From assembly GCA_015680685.1 (NCBI GenBank), contig MNCI01001539.1, forward strand, positions 580,387 through 644,386: a stretch of DNA of 64,000 nucleotides. Reading direction: 5' to 3'. Shown in pieces: positions 38,201 to 51,939 of this stretch; position 1 is the stretch's first letter; the number at the start of each line of letters is the position of its first letter. The notes beneath the pieces were generated by a model. The model did no database searches. It was given only the letters and a program-made list of their open reading frames with translations, and was not told the DNA's origin. A program made the translations under genes and the position numbers. The stretch comes from Gnetum montanum. Taxonomy: Eukaryota > Plantae > Gnetophyta.

Positions 38201-40200
38201 ATATCAACAAAGTTGTTTTTTTTGGATAGGACAATTTTTATTTCCAAATGTGATTTCAGATTCAAGATCATGGAAGAGAAACATAATAGTGACATGGTTG
38301 GATATATTGGTAAGGCAAAGACATTGGAATTAGTAAGTGAGAATTATTTTTAGATAAGTATATATATAAATGTTAAAGTTATTAGGAATGCTATGTTTGT
38401 CAAAAGTTTAAATGAGGGAAAGGTGTTGATGGGCATTATATGCCTTTGCCAATTCTAAATTCTCTTTGGGAGAGTGTTTCTTCAACATTGTTTGTGGCAT
38501 TCCAAGAACAAAATTTAGTCATAATTCTATCCTTCTTGTGTTAGATGGATTTACCAACATGATTTATTTTATTCCATTTAAGAGGAGTAGTGATGCTTCT
38601 TATGTTGCTCATTTATTCTTTTAGCATGTTGTGAAATTGCATGGCATTCCATTGAATATTGTGAGTGATAGTGATGTAAAATTTACAAATCACTTTTGAA
38701 GATCAGTTTTGAAATTTGGAACAAAGTTGTCATTTTCTATGGCCTCATTCTCAAACTGATGGGCAAACTAAAGTTGTCAATAGATCTTTGTTAAAGATTC
38801 TTAGGTGATCTTTGTTAAAGATTCTTAGGTGTTTATGTGAGGATCAGTCTCAAAGATGGGATAATATGCTAGTTCATGCTGAATGCTCATATAACAATGC
38901 TTTCCATACTAGTATTGGTAAAAGTCCTTTTGTCGCCAATTATGTTTTTTTGACCAAAGATGGTTGATGAGCTGAAGAAATTTGATGATTGTGCCTCATT
39001 GAGGACTGATTTCATTGAATAAATGAAACAATTGCATAAACAAGCCAAATCTCACTTGTAGAAGAATACAAAGGATGTATCTTCCAAGGCCAATGAGGGC
39101 AAGAGGACCATTAAATTTCAGATCGGTGATTATGTTTGGATCTATTTGAGAAAAGAAAGGTAAAAGAGTTTGCACTTCTACAAGCTCAAGTCAAGTAGAA
39201 TTGGTCCATTTAGGATTATGACGAACATCGATTTCAATGCTTATGAGATTGATTTGCCTAATGATTTGTGTATTTCTTGTGTTTTCAATATTTCAGATTT
39301 CAGCTCATGGCAATGTTCTTGCATCAGTTTTGGAGGATAGTCTTGAAGTCCTGAAGGATGTAGTTGAAAGTTAAATTTCATTGAAGCCATCAAGGAAGCC
39401 AATTATGTTAAAGTAAGAGAAGCAAGGAGCACAAGAGGCAAAAAGAGACATGAGTACTTGATTCATTGGAGTGATGAAGGGCCTGAGAATGCCATTTGGG
39501 TTTGTGGGATCTTGATGCTATTGCAAATTTTTTGCCTAAATGATACAAGCTTCTTTTGAAGGGTGAGGGAGATAATGAGAATATTAACCTACTTTTTAAG
39601 GTAATTCTCATCTTCAAGGTATTCTAAAAGTACTGAGATACTTGTATTTGTGATTCAGAGTCTTTTAGAGTTGTTTGTATATTTTTTAGGTTGGGCAGGT
39701 AACTGTGAGTTGCAATTAGTTGTAGTTTGCCTTTGTGAGTAGTTTGAGTCGCAATTTGCCATAGTTTGTGTCTTTTATCAAATTTGCATATTTTCTGAGT
39801 TGGGTAGCAAGTTGCAAGCCATTGCAAGTTGGAGTGAGTTGCAATCTGAAGAATGCAAGCCACAGCATGTTCCAATTGGTAGAGAAACAATGGTTGAAAA
39901 TATTCAAAGTTTGCTAGTAGGATGAGGTGAGAGTCATAGTTTGGTTGTAGTCATTTGTAGTATGAAAATAGTTAATATTTTGAAAAATGTGCAAATTTTA
40001 AAGAGAAGACCAATGGTTGGGGTAGCCAAGGATCATCCCTAAAGCTATAAAAGGCAAGATGACCTTAAGAAAGAGAAAGAAAGTGGTATTTGCGAGAGAG
40101 GGGCATTTGCGAGAGTGGCATTTGGCATTATACAAGCTTAAGAGTGAGAGCTTTCTTCTTGAGCATTTGTAACACCCATTCATAGGGAGCAAGAGCTAGC
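35240..40200 (+). mobile_element. Degenerate Ty3/gypsy element (gag, PR, RT, RNase H, INT, chromodomain-like tail, probable 3' LTR)
   Basis: ILIDGGAQDN, MRMCIDYRAVN, FPIPRMDD, YEKELYAIL, HSQTDGQT-like segment, EYLIHWSDEGPENAIWV near 39450; PPT-like agggtgagggaga near 39560. Confidence 0.88.
35875..35943. repeat. Perfect 23-bp GC-rich tandem repeat x3
   Basis: cactcggaaagggggcgcccccc at 35875, 35898 and 35921. Confidence 0.95.
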
Positions 40201-42708
40201 ACCCAAAGCCCCCTAGAAAGAAAGCTAGTTGAAAGAAAAAATGCCCAAGTGGCTTTCTTTCTACAACAATCAAACTAGCATTATCCTATAAAATTAAAAT
40301 GAGATCAACAATGCCTAGATCTAGCTTTAAAATAGGTCCATCAATATTGATTTTTATGAATCAAGATATAATTTTATAAAGAAATAGGCATAGTAAAATA
40401 TTTGTGCAAGATTTCATTAGATTAAAAAATAAAAGCTTTTTATTATTCAACCTAAAAAGAAATATTTAATCAGGATCATTTGCACATTTGAAAACCAAAG
40501 AAATGACCACAAAAGCAGATAAATTAATAATCTCCTATTTGTTCAATCACATAATAATATTTTATAATTTTCAACCACACAAAAACAAGATCTGAATTTA
40601 ACTCTTGTAACCCTTTTGCTAGTAATCATTTAATCAGGAAATTCATATGCTCAGTAGCAGAGAATAGATAGATCACAACCATAAATTAACAACCTAGGTT
40701 TTCCCCCACTCTATCAACTTATAGAAAGATATTAAAATCAAACTTGAGAAGGTATAGGAAAAACGTATAATTCAAGATTTAGATCCAAGATTTATGCATT
40801 CAAAGGAGGAGGGTTTATCAACAGAAATCCAACTGAAATCCAAGAATTCAACAATTCACAATTATCGATGGGCCCAAGGATACTCTCACTTTCTGCCGGC
40901 GGTACCAATCCTCATATTAGGGATCCATAGCCCCTGTTGGCAATCCTTTGCCAAAAATGCCTCAAATCATTATGGGTGTTTCTGAATCGTTACAGAAACA
41001 ACCTCATCCAAGTCATTTAGGTGTGAGAGTGTAGAGGATAGGCGGAGAGATCCAAAAAAGGGTAATAAAGGATTTCAAAAAAAAAATCTAAGCTTACAAC
41101 AGCAATTTTGATATTTTCATACAAGCATTGTGAAGGTGGTTAGACAAGCAAGAAGAAAAAAGTTTGAGAAAATCAGCCCTTGCTAGCCATTATCAAACAT
41201 AATAGAGATGGATCATTTTACCTCCTTGCTTAGATATCTTGCTTACTAGGAGGAATTATCAGAATATTGGATTGCTATGCCACCCTCGATTTTTTTTTTG
41301 CTATCTCTTGTAGTAGCCACAGTCTTTTCTCCCTTCTTAGCCACACTCCTTATTGCTGTATCCCTATTTTTTTTGTGTTCTGCACAGCTACTTTTGCCTT
41401 TTGTGTCCTCTTTTTTCATCTCCTCCTCTTTCTATTTGTAGGTGGAATAAGGGATAATGAATGGTTTCTTGTAACTGACTTCTTGGGGACTGTTCATATT
41501 CTTCTCTCTCTCTCTCTCAACAATGGATCATGAGTTCAATTCTCTTCATGATCACTATAAAAAAATTCAATAAAATATGTATATTCATAGGTTGCATATT
41601 CAATTCCTAGGTCAACAATTTTTGATATTTTAGAATTCAGATTTTGCTAGATCTCAGGTTCAGTCCCTCTTGATAATTACAAAACATTCCAGCATAATAT
41701 CTATCTCTTTATCATTCAGAATTGTCATAAGATGCAAGGAAAGAGTTTTCAAATAGATTCATGATAAAGGCAGTTCAAGATACATAATCAAATAAGGCAC
41801 CTTCTTTTTCAAGTCATCAATGATGTCAATTTCCCCATCGTCTTACGAGCCTTGAAAGGTCATCAGATGACCTTTCTACAAAAATGGAGAGGGTACCTAT
41901 ACTTTGCTATTTTAAACTAAAAAGAGAGCAATGCATCACATTTAGATAAAAAAAAATAAAAAAAAAAAATATAAAGCTACAGTATTTGCACACGATTTCC
42001 TTGATTCATGGGTTAGGCTCCTCCGACTTGATTCATAGGTCAAGTTCCTCAATATGAGCATTCTTTTGCATCTCAACATACTTGTTTTAGCTCTTGAGGC
42101 ACACCTTAGAGCATTGTCCTATGTTTTTCAGCATCTCTGTTGAAATAGAACAGAAAATATTTTGTTTCCCATATATCATTTATTATTATTATTTTAAAAC
42201 TTTCCTAGCATGTATTTTAAATCATATTTCTTATGCATAAAGTATTTAAACATTTAATCATAATACATATAAAAATATGGTCAACAAATTTATTACTATT
42301 CCAATTAGCCATTTCCACCAAAGTCCAAACAAAGCACACACACAACGTGTCAACAAAACATGCACACAAACACACCAAAAGACTATTACAATTGTTAATG
42401 CAAAAACTCAAGGAGAAGTGGTTCATTACAACATTGGAGTGTGAGATCATCTTCTTGATGATTCTCCTTGTATTGTGAGAGTGGTGTGAGGATTTGATTG
42501 ATTGATTGGTTTTTTTTTCTTTGGGAGTGTGTTGTTTACATTTGTGCATTGTATTCCTTTCTTTTAAAGAAGATAAAATTTTCCTTTTTCTTTTCTTATT
42601 CAATTGAGAGTTGGGGTGGATCTTTGCACTTGAGTGACCTTGGATGGTGGAATCCAAGGGAGCTTTTCATCATTCTTCTTGTCCTAGCTTTGTTTTCCTT
42701 CTTGGCTT

Positions 42709-43112
42709 TGTTAGCTATTGTATTAATGGGATGTTCATTACATTCTTATGTTTGTCTTTTTATTGCTTTGGCATTCGTAGTTTTGAGTTACTTAAATTTT
42801 GAAGTTTAAAATCATGGTTATGGCAATAGCTATGTACCATGTAATAAAACTTTCCATAAATGGAAAATGGGCCTAGTGTATATAATGGTTATGTAACATG
42901 CTCAAAATGACATAAAAGGGTTAATCAAAGCTTTAGAGGTGCTTACCCTTATACCATAGGTTGGCAGGTTCATTTTCAAATTTTATTATTCAAGCTCATT
43001 GTAGATGATTTCCACTTTTAGCAATAGAGGAGATCTGAAGTTTCTCTTAAGAATGTTTCTCATTTCTTCATAATCTTCCACAACTCTCACACATTTAATT
43101 TTACAAATTCAG
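42709..43112 (+). mobile_element. Copia-type LTR fragment homologous to 54547-54975
   Basis: Shares tgttag...aatgggatgttcattaca and tatgtaccatgtaataaaactttccataaatggaaaatg with the 54547 LTR; cut by LINE-C near 43112. Confidence 0.8.
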
Positions 43113-46100
43113 GAAGCATAGGCGGGAGATGGGTGGAAGCGTAGGGAGTGCAAGGAGCCTAGGGGGTGTCGGGGCGGAGAGTTTGAGCAGGGGGAGGTGA
43201 AGTGCTGGTGGTGGTGGTCTTGGTCTAGGTGGAGAAGCAGTAGGCTTAGTTGGTGATGGTGAAGATGGTCTTTTCGATCTCGATGTAGGTCTCAGCTTGG
43301 ATGAAGGTGGGGTTCAAGGCAAGCTAGGTAATGGGGGCATGGTGGATTGTGCACTCAAAGCAATTTGAGGTGTTGTCGCGTCTGAGTGATGGGGGTATAG
43401 ATGCTTATTCCTATCGGGAGGGTGTCATGCATTTGTAGGTTCATTAGATGCTAGAGGATGGGCTGCGAACCGTGAAGCTTAGCTTGGTGGAAAAAATTGT
43501 TTCTAAGTGGGCTCGGCCCAAAATGGAACTCATTAAGAAGTGGGCAACCACAAATAGATTTGTAGCTTGGTGGACAATCTGCTACCAATGCCTTCATGGT
43601 TTGGAGAAGTATGGGGGTGACGTTGATGACCCTCTTGGTTGTCAACATTTTTTGCAGTTCCTTTAGGATCATGATCTGGTTGATGTGAAACTCAAAGGTT
43701 GCAACTTCACTTGGTGCAACCAACGCTAGGGGAGAGAGCAGATTATGACTTGAATTGACAGGGTTTGGGTTAGCACCAACATCTTTATGAATTGGGAGGT
43801 TGTTGCTTTTGGTCAAGAAAGGTAGGCCTATGATCATAGGTTAGTGGTGTGTTAGGTGGACACACCTTCCTTCTGTGGGTCTAGTCCTTTTAGGTCTTGT
43901 GCAGTCTTAGTTATCCAAACCTTGGTTGTAGTCATTGGTTGAAGACATCTAGGCTAGTTATCCAAATCGAATGGACCCACAGGGGCTTTCAAGGTTGAAG
44001 TAGGCGATTAAGTCCAAGAGGACAGTAGAGAAATATTCCTTTTGGGCAATCAAGCTAGTGTTGAGAGTGAAGCTCTTTGCTATTCAAGCTAAGTAGGAAT
44101 ACAAGGATCAACTTCTAGAAGAAGAACATGTTGTGCTATAGGAACTTCAAGAGATCTCCATTGAGGAGGAACTATACTGGTAGTAGATGTCTATGGTCTA
44201 GTGGCTGAAGGATGGCAACAAGAACACTAGGTTCTTTTTCACTAAGGCTGAGGCTAACTATGAATCTAAAAGGATTCATCAACTCCTACACAGGGAGAAA
44301 GCTTCATGAATACCTCCAATATTGCTCAAATTATGCAAGAATACTAGATTGGCATATGAAGTTATAGGAAAACCTTGTTCGTCTTAGCGCCAATCCAACT
44401 AGTGGTGGATGTAGAAGAGAATAATATCTTGATTGCCTTGTTCACTATGGGTGAATTGGAATTGGGCATGGCCTCCCTGAGAAATGCTAGCGCCCTAGGT
44501 CCTGATGGTTGGAATTTTTTAAGGATTTTGCTAACATCTTAGGCGACAATATCCTTGATGCCTTCACTTTGATGCTTCAATGGTAGTAGGTGAGTCATGA
44601 AATCAATTGCTCTTGCATTGTGCTCATCCCTAAGGTCTCGAATCCCATAGATCCTTCCTAATTTAGACTAATTGGGGTGTGTAATACACTGTTGAGACTT
44701 TTCACAAAGGTTCTTGTTTGTAGATTGGCACCATTAATGCCAAAATTGGTTGGAGCACAACAAATGGGATTCATTAAAGGTCACTTCATCTAGCATCACA
44801 TTATTCTCCCCCAAGAAATCTTGCACTCCCTGAAGGAGACTAGGTACCTAGGCATGTGTCTCAAGCTTGATATAGCATATGATACCATTAATTGGATGAT
44901 GCTGAGATATATCATAAGTAAGAAGGGTTTGTACCTGAATTTCATTAATCTTTGCATACAACTCCAAGAGTATGGCACTTCTCTTTTGACATTAGTGGTA
45001 AAATTTGGAGGTTTTCTTCTCTTGGACGAGGATTAAGACAAGGAGATCCCTTGTTGCCCTACCTCTTCATACTAGCCATGGACATGATGTGTATGTACTA
45101 TAAATGTGAAAGGGTTAGAGAATTGCAAATTGCAGAGTGGAGTGCCTGGTGGAGCACCATGTCAATGATACCATCCTGCTCTCTAGGGCGGAAATTCCCT
45201 AGCCTCATGCGCTGAACAGAGTTCTTAGCAGGATGGCCACAGAGATGGGACAAGAAATAAATAGAGGTAAGTTTGCTTTGCATGTTTTTAATGTTGATGG
45301 TAGTGTTAAGGGTTTGGTTGGACAGGTTCTAGGCATTCTTCCTAGATCGTTAACAGAGTCTTATTTGGGCATACCATGTATGCTTGGAATCAAAAGGGTT
45401 CCTAGTCCAACTTGATCCAAAAAATCCAGCAATGAATTGGGCATTGGACTAATTGGTTCATCACTTGGAAGGGATGAGTTATCTTAGCAACTTCGGTTCT
45501 CTCTACCATTGCTTGCTTAACTGCTTTTGTTGCCAATCCCTCGATGGTTGTTATTCAGTAGGTGGATCAATTAATTTGGAATTTCATTTGGGGGCAAAGG
45601 AGGAGAGCACATGCACCTCATTTGCTAGGACACGATTACGAAATCAAAGGCGGCTAGGGGCATGGTCTTGAAGTTTTAGGATGCCATCACCATGGGGCAT
45701 CAACACCTCATTAATTGCCTAATATAGGCCAATGATTATGCAACACAATGGGTTCTTGTAATAAGAACTAAATACCGACAATGGAGGGCAAACACCCGAG
45801 ACTCTTATGTTTGGTAGGCCTTATGTAGGTATGCCAATATAATGTCCCAAAATAACTAGATGGGAGCACATTTGTGGGACATTCTAAAACACAAGTACCC
45901 AGTGGTTGAGGGCTGGAAGTGCATTTGGGCAGGGAGACTTCCAGAGAAAATAAGTCTTTTTGTGGTTAGCATTGCATGTTGCTTTGCAACTCCGCTATTT
46001 CCTCTATGCATGGGGTATAAACATCCCTGTCGCTTGTCCTCTTTGTTCTTCTATGTCAGAATCAATCTGTCACTTCATCTCCTAGTGCGCTTTCTCTGGT

Positions 46101-47110
46101 GCTATTTGGCATGTGGTGGCTTTGCATCCCACTATTGCCTTGAACGGAGATTCTTAGGCTATGTCCATGCTTTGGTGTTTGTGGAAGGCATGCAATGTGC
46201 TGATCTTTCTATCGATGTTGCTTCTTCCTCCTGCATAGATTACGACACTTGGGGCTTAGATTGTGGCACGAAGCTTCAAACACAATGGGGGCCACTCCCA
46301 TGTTTGAGCCCACTTGCCAGGGATATTGAGGAAATTAGGTCCTATGAGGTATGGTTTTATGTGTGGGTTGGGCAGACCTTCCATTAGTAGAAAGGGATCC
46401 AGAACTAGTTGATAGGGCCTTCTTTTGCAATTGGAGAAATGACTTGACTTTCTATTGCGGGGTGTCGATTACCCTGACCAAAGCTGCCATTTTTGGTTAC
46501 CTGGACATTTCCATGTTGGGAGAGGTTATCCTTCCTAGGGGGTGGGGTCTCTAGGATGTGGCGGAGTTTTTTTAGGGCCCCTAAAACTGGAAGTGGGCAA
46601 GTTCCTAAATTAGCCTTGTCACTGATGTGGTAGGATGCTATTGAGTTGGTTGACCAGTTCTTTATCTAGTCTAGTAATGTTTGGAAACTCAAAGGTTTGC
46701 ACTTTCACTTCTTGAAGTGCCTTTGGTAGGGATGTAGTGTGAACCTTCCAAAATTTTTTCTGGCTACTCTACAACATTAGAGATAGGGCTGCCTTTTGGG
46801 GCTCATTCTTGCTCTGTGGTGGGCGACACACCCTTTGACTCCATGGCTGGATTGGCCTATTATTGCTGTTTGTGGACATTGTTGACTCATTGTGCAACAC
46901 CCCATGGAGGATGAGGTCCGGGTTGAGGTTGGCACAAGATCCCTTGCTAAGGAGCCATAGGGTCAAATCTTTGTTGCGGATGTCATTAAGGCCATGGAAA
47001 GTGGAGTTGGAGCTAGCTCCAGTGGACCGTCCTTGGTCCCCTGGGAGTTGCAAGGGGAGTTTCATCAAAATTGGTAGGAGGTGCTATAGGTTTTGGGGGT
47101 TAGCACCTTT
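43113..47110 (+). mobile_element. Degenerate L1-type LINE (LINE-C) with internal ORF1/endonuclease deletion and C-terminal extension
   Basis: WARPKMELIKKW joined directly to endonuclease sequence; LKLDIAYD, RGLRQGDPLLPYLF, WKCIWAGRLPEKISLF. Confidence 0.9.
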
Positions 47111-50100
47111 GAGATGGAGGTATTGAGTCAGCATAGCTAGAGTTAGGATAATTGCCCATTTAGATGAATCAAGGTTAAGCTAATGGGCCTGGAGATTCTC
47201 CAATAGAGTCTAATTGAGTGGTTTGTTTTTGTTGGGGCTTGCCCCAGGATTGACTCCATATAGTCGTGGGTGGCTTCCTCTTGGGGTGTTGTTGAGGTGG
47301 AGGTTTTTCCCCTCCTTGGATATTTACTACATTGTTTTCCAGTTGGTTGAATATTGGAAAAAAACCTTGTAGGGGGCTCCATGCTTTTTTGTTGCCTGAA
47401 CACTCTAGCACCTATGGGTCCATAAGGACCTTGACTTGTTCACTAGGATTTTGATTTGGATTAAAGTTTTAGGGCTTGCTTGGGAGTTTTGGATAGAAGA
47501 CTTCCTCAAAGCCCTTGTCAGGTTCTTTGGCGAATTCATTACATTTGAGAAGTTCATAGCTTCACAGGACTGGACGGGCTTTGTACATTTCTGTGTCTAG
47601 TGATCACTCAACATGGCAATTCTTCTACGTGAGGTTCGTATAGTGCTTTTGTATAGAGGAAGTTCTCACTGTGGAATACAAGAATGTTCCCACCAAAGGG
47701 AAACTCTAAGCCTCCACTTAGAGTTCTAGGTGTGGCTTTTGTGGGAAGGTGGGCCACTGGGTGAAGGAGTGTAGGGTTCTGATATAGAAGAAGGCCCAAA
47801 ATTAGAATTCTAATGCATCAGAATGGCACATTGTGTGGAGGAATGATAAAGCTATCCCCTAGGCCATAAATGCCAAAAGAGTTTACCAATGCAAATCTTG
47901 CTACCAATATTAGAATAACACGCTATTGTTAGGAATTTGATGAACAAGAAGATTGAGTATTCAGCTAGGAATGCTCTTGTGAAGTTAGAGGACAGATTTT
48001 CTCTCTTGCATGATGTTGTGGAACCCTTCCAACTAGTGGGGGAGGAGACACCTTTGCTTGTTGCTACACTTGACAAGGAAGGTCAATGGGTGTCCAACCC
48101 AGAAAAAGGGGAAGGTCATAAAATAGAGAAGTTAATAGATGGGGATTTTCCTCCCTTTGGACAATGGGTAACCCTCTTACAGGATTCTTCCACCCCACCG
48201 TCGGAGCCAGTGAAAAGGTAGATGCTAAAGGAGCATAATGATAGTTTCAAATTCTATCCTAAAACCAAAAAGCCTGGTAGACTAAGTTTTCAGTATCTTC
48301 AAATCAAAAAGACTAAGTAGGAGTTAGCTTTAAGTATTCAAGGGAGCTTGAGGGAGGTCTATGAAAAATAGTATACCAATAGACCATGAAGATTCTCTCT
48401 TGGAATTGCAAGGGAAAGGTTACCCTATGCAAAAGAAACACCGTAAAAAATTTAGTGAAGGGAATTGTGATGGTGTATGTCTTCAGGAGATAATGTTGCA
48501 AGCTACCCAACACGACTTTTTGCATTAGAAGTGCTAGACTTCTCACTTTGTGGATTGCAAAGGTCAAGTGGGAGGGTTGGTAACTCTTTCCAAAATACAA
48601 GTAGAGCTTCTTTGGAGCTTGAGCTGGAACATCACTATTTGTTTATCAAGCTATGGCCTCTATTGTACGAATATTTATTGCCCTCAAAGTTGGACCGATT
48701 GTCTTCATGAACTATATTAGATTGCTGCCAGAGTTCCAAATTATAATGCTTGGATTCTAATTGGGGATTTTAATCAAAAATTGTATGAGTGGGAAAAGCT
48801 TGGAGGTGAATGCACAAAATAACAAGGAAGCCAAGATTTCATGAAATTTCTTAATGACTTTGGCTTGGTTGACTTGGATATACAGGGATGCCATTACACT
48901 TGGAGCAACAAGAGGAAAGAAGTGGATAGGGTTATGTCCAGAATTGATGGAGTTTGGGTTAGTTCACCATTGGTTGTCAACAAATATTTTTCCATCACAT
49001 CCCTTGAGTAGAGGGCTTATGATCACCACAATGTTGTTTTGCTCTTTTCAAAATATTGCACATACTATCCCCCAATCTTTTCAATTTGATTGGACTTGGA
49101 TTAAGAAGGGATGACTGAAATGGTTGGTGACAAATATTTGGAAGCCTTAACTTGATCATGAGGACCCATGAGATTTTCTTAAGTGTGGTTTGCAACTATT
49201 TAAGAAGACCTAAGGAACATTGTTAAACAAGACAAGTACTTATTCAAAGTTTTGAAAGAAGAGTTGCAGAGGAAACTACATGTATAGGAACTGCAAGAAT
49301 AAGGGCAAGATTTGGATGAGGAGTATAGCATATCCTCCTAGAAGAGGTTCACCAAATATCAATGAAAGAGAAGGCCTATTGGAAAGAAAGATCATGAACT
49401 AGATGGCTGAAGGAGGAAGACCAAAATACCAAGTTCTTCTTTGCTACTGCCAACTTTGCCAAAGGGGCCAAAGCTGGGCATTGTCTTTGCTATTGCCAAC
49501 TTTGCCAAAGGGGCCAAAGCTGGGCATTGTCTGAAGTATGGGGACTAGATTATCCACGACTTTGAGAAGATAGCCTAGGCGATGCAAAATTTTTGGAATA
49601 TTATTTGAGGGAGGGGAGATTCCAATCCTATAATGATTCCTAATCAAAGGGTCCTTAGCCAAGAGAATAACTATAGGCTTCTCATCCCCATCACGAAGTA
49701 GGAGAGCTTTGTTGCTATCTCAACGATGAAATCAAGGAAGGCCCTTGGGCCTGATGGTTGGCTGGTCGAATTCTTTAAGGAATTCTTTGACCTTATGGAG
49801 GACAATCTTCTAGGTTCCTTTAGCCTTATGCTTAAGTGGGGCCAAATGAGGAGAGAAATCAAATGTTTAAGAATTGTTATTGTACCAGAAGCCAGAAACC
49901 CCTCCTAACCTTTGGATTTCAGACCAATTGGGATATGCAAATAGACTATTCACAAAGATTCTTGTTTGAAGATTGCAACCACTGATGCCATCTTTAGTGG
50001 GAGTGGAACATGCAAGGCTCATCAAGGGCAGATACATCTAGGATCACATTTTACTACATGAGATTATGCGTTCAGTCAACAAGGCCAAATTCCTAGATAT

Positions 50101-51240
50101 GTTCGTTAAGCTTGATATTGCCAAGGCTTATGACACAATAAGCTCAAAATTTCTTGCAAAGATAATGTTTAGAAAAGGAGTCCAGCTTTGATTTATTGAC
50201 ATGTGTATCCACCTCCAAAGTATAGGAGCAATTTTCTATTGACATCAATGGATGTCTTTAAGGGGTTTTCCTCCTCTAATCGTGGGTTATGTTAGGTAGA
50301 CCCACTTTCGCCTTATCTTTTCATATTGACCATGAATACTATGAATTTGTATTACATGTTCGAAGAAGACAAGGGGTTGGAGATCAAAGGATTTTCTTGC
50401 ATAGCAAAGCATTTGTCCATGCCATCCTTGTCACTAAAGTTATGGTGCCTCAGGTGGATGCGATTGCTAGGGCACTTGACTACATATGTCATGAACTAGT
50501 CTTTGCTCTCAATTGGGGCAAATCAGCTGTCCACTTTGTATAGATTGATGCTTTTACGAAAGGGAGAATTTGCAGAAATCTTGGGATTGGCTAGAGGACT
50601 CAAGGAGATTCCTACCTTGGAATACCTATGCATGCTTGGAGATGTAATGCAACCTTGACACATTTCATGTGAAGATTACAGACCATATGTGAACACTGAA
50701 GCTCCAAATTTTTTACAAGCAAAGAGAAAGACCTACTTGCTTCTTCTCTTCGCTTGACTATGGCTTGGTTTGTTGCTTTCATTGCCTTCCCCCAAAGCAA
50801 GTTGTCAACAAAGTTAACCAAATTGTACAACCTTTCATTTGGTTTGGTGGGAAAGGGGGTTCTAGAATTCATCTTGATTGTTGGGAGAAAACTACAAGAC
50901 CAAAGCTTGCTGGTGGTCTTAGAGTCATTTTCTTTGAAGATTCAATCATGCTTGGCCATCAAAATCTCATCAGGTGGATCTCTAGCAGTGACTCTTACAA
51001 AGCACCATGGGTTTCCATAATGAGGGGGAAGTATCAACCATGGGTTATGTCAAATAATGGTTCTAGTTGTTGGCGCAACATTTGTTCTTAGTACTATACC
51101 GTGCAATAGCTAGTTAAGGAGCATGAGACAAATCTAAAGGACATCTTGAATGGGAAGTACGGTCTTGTTCCCAGGTGGTGTATGATTTGGAAGGGAAGTT
51201 ACTAGAAAAAATAAAAATGTTTCTTTGCCTCATTGCACAA
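47111..51240 (+). mobile_element. Degenerate L1-type LINE (LINE-D), ending at the zf-RVT start
   Basis: ORF1-like region; ORF2 start MKILSWNCKG near 48386; KALGPDGW, KLDIAKAYD, RPKLAGGL. Confidence 0.88.
49441..49532. repeat. 46-bp direct tandem duplication inside LINE-D
   Basis: ttgcta(c/t)tgccaactttgccaaaggggccaaagctgggcattgtct x2. Confidence 0.95.
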
Positions 51241-51939
51241 AAGGCAAAAGGCAATGCCACACGATTCTCAAATGCAAAGAATAAAAACGCAATTCATTAT
51301 AAGACCAGCTGATGGACATGTAAGTCCACATGGTAGTGGTAAACAATAAGAAGTTGCAATTCATTATAAACTCTGAAGTCTAATCATGTTTTCTGATAGG
51401 AGTATGTTATAACACTGGACAATATATTCTTGTTTTGAAGAAAAAATCGAGGGCATATAATATTACAGAATGTACAAAGTACAAGCTAAAGGAGAGAGAG
51501 AGAGCTCCCAAGAAAAGAAAATTCAGTAGCAAACACAACCAAAAGCATGACGGTATCTCCCTGCTACTATAGTAGAGATTAGAAACAAAATAAACAGTGA
51601 CGATTTAAATGATCAGTGGGCTCCATTTCATGACCTAGATCTCCTACAAAACTGATAAACCTAACAATCATGCCTCTATCAAATTTGCAGTAAAGAGAAG
51701 TCATCTCGGAAAAAGGCAAAGTAATGCAAGGATAGTTAGCTTGCAACTCTTGATGAATTTCATTGAAAATATCTCTTTCCTCCTGTACTTGATGAAGTTC
51801 ACCACTTGTCGGAAGGTCTGGTATTTCTTTGTTCTCTGTTTTATTTCTTTTGCCACCGAGGCTTTAACCTTATCTAGTTGGTTGGCAAAGGAAACATACA
51901 TGATGTAAACTTTGAGATCAGTCCAAGCTGTGAAGCAAT

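Noticed and set aside
40200-42700. Possible Mutator/SWIM remnant
   Set aside because: Too degenerate; no convincing motif or terminal inverted repeats.
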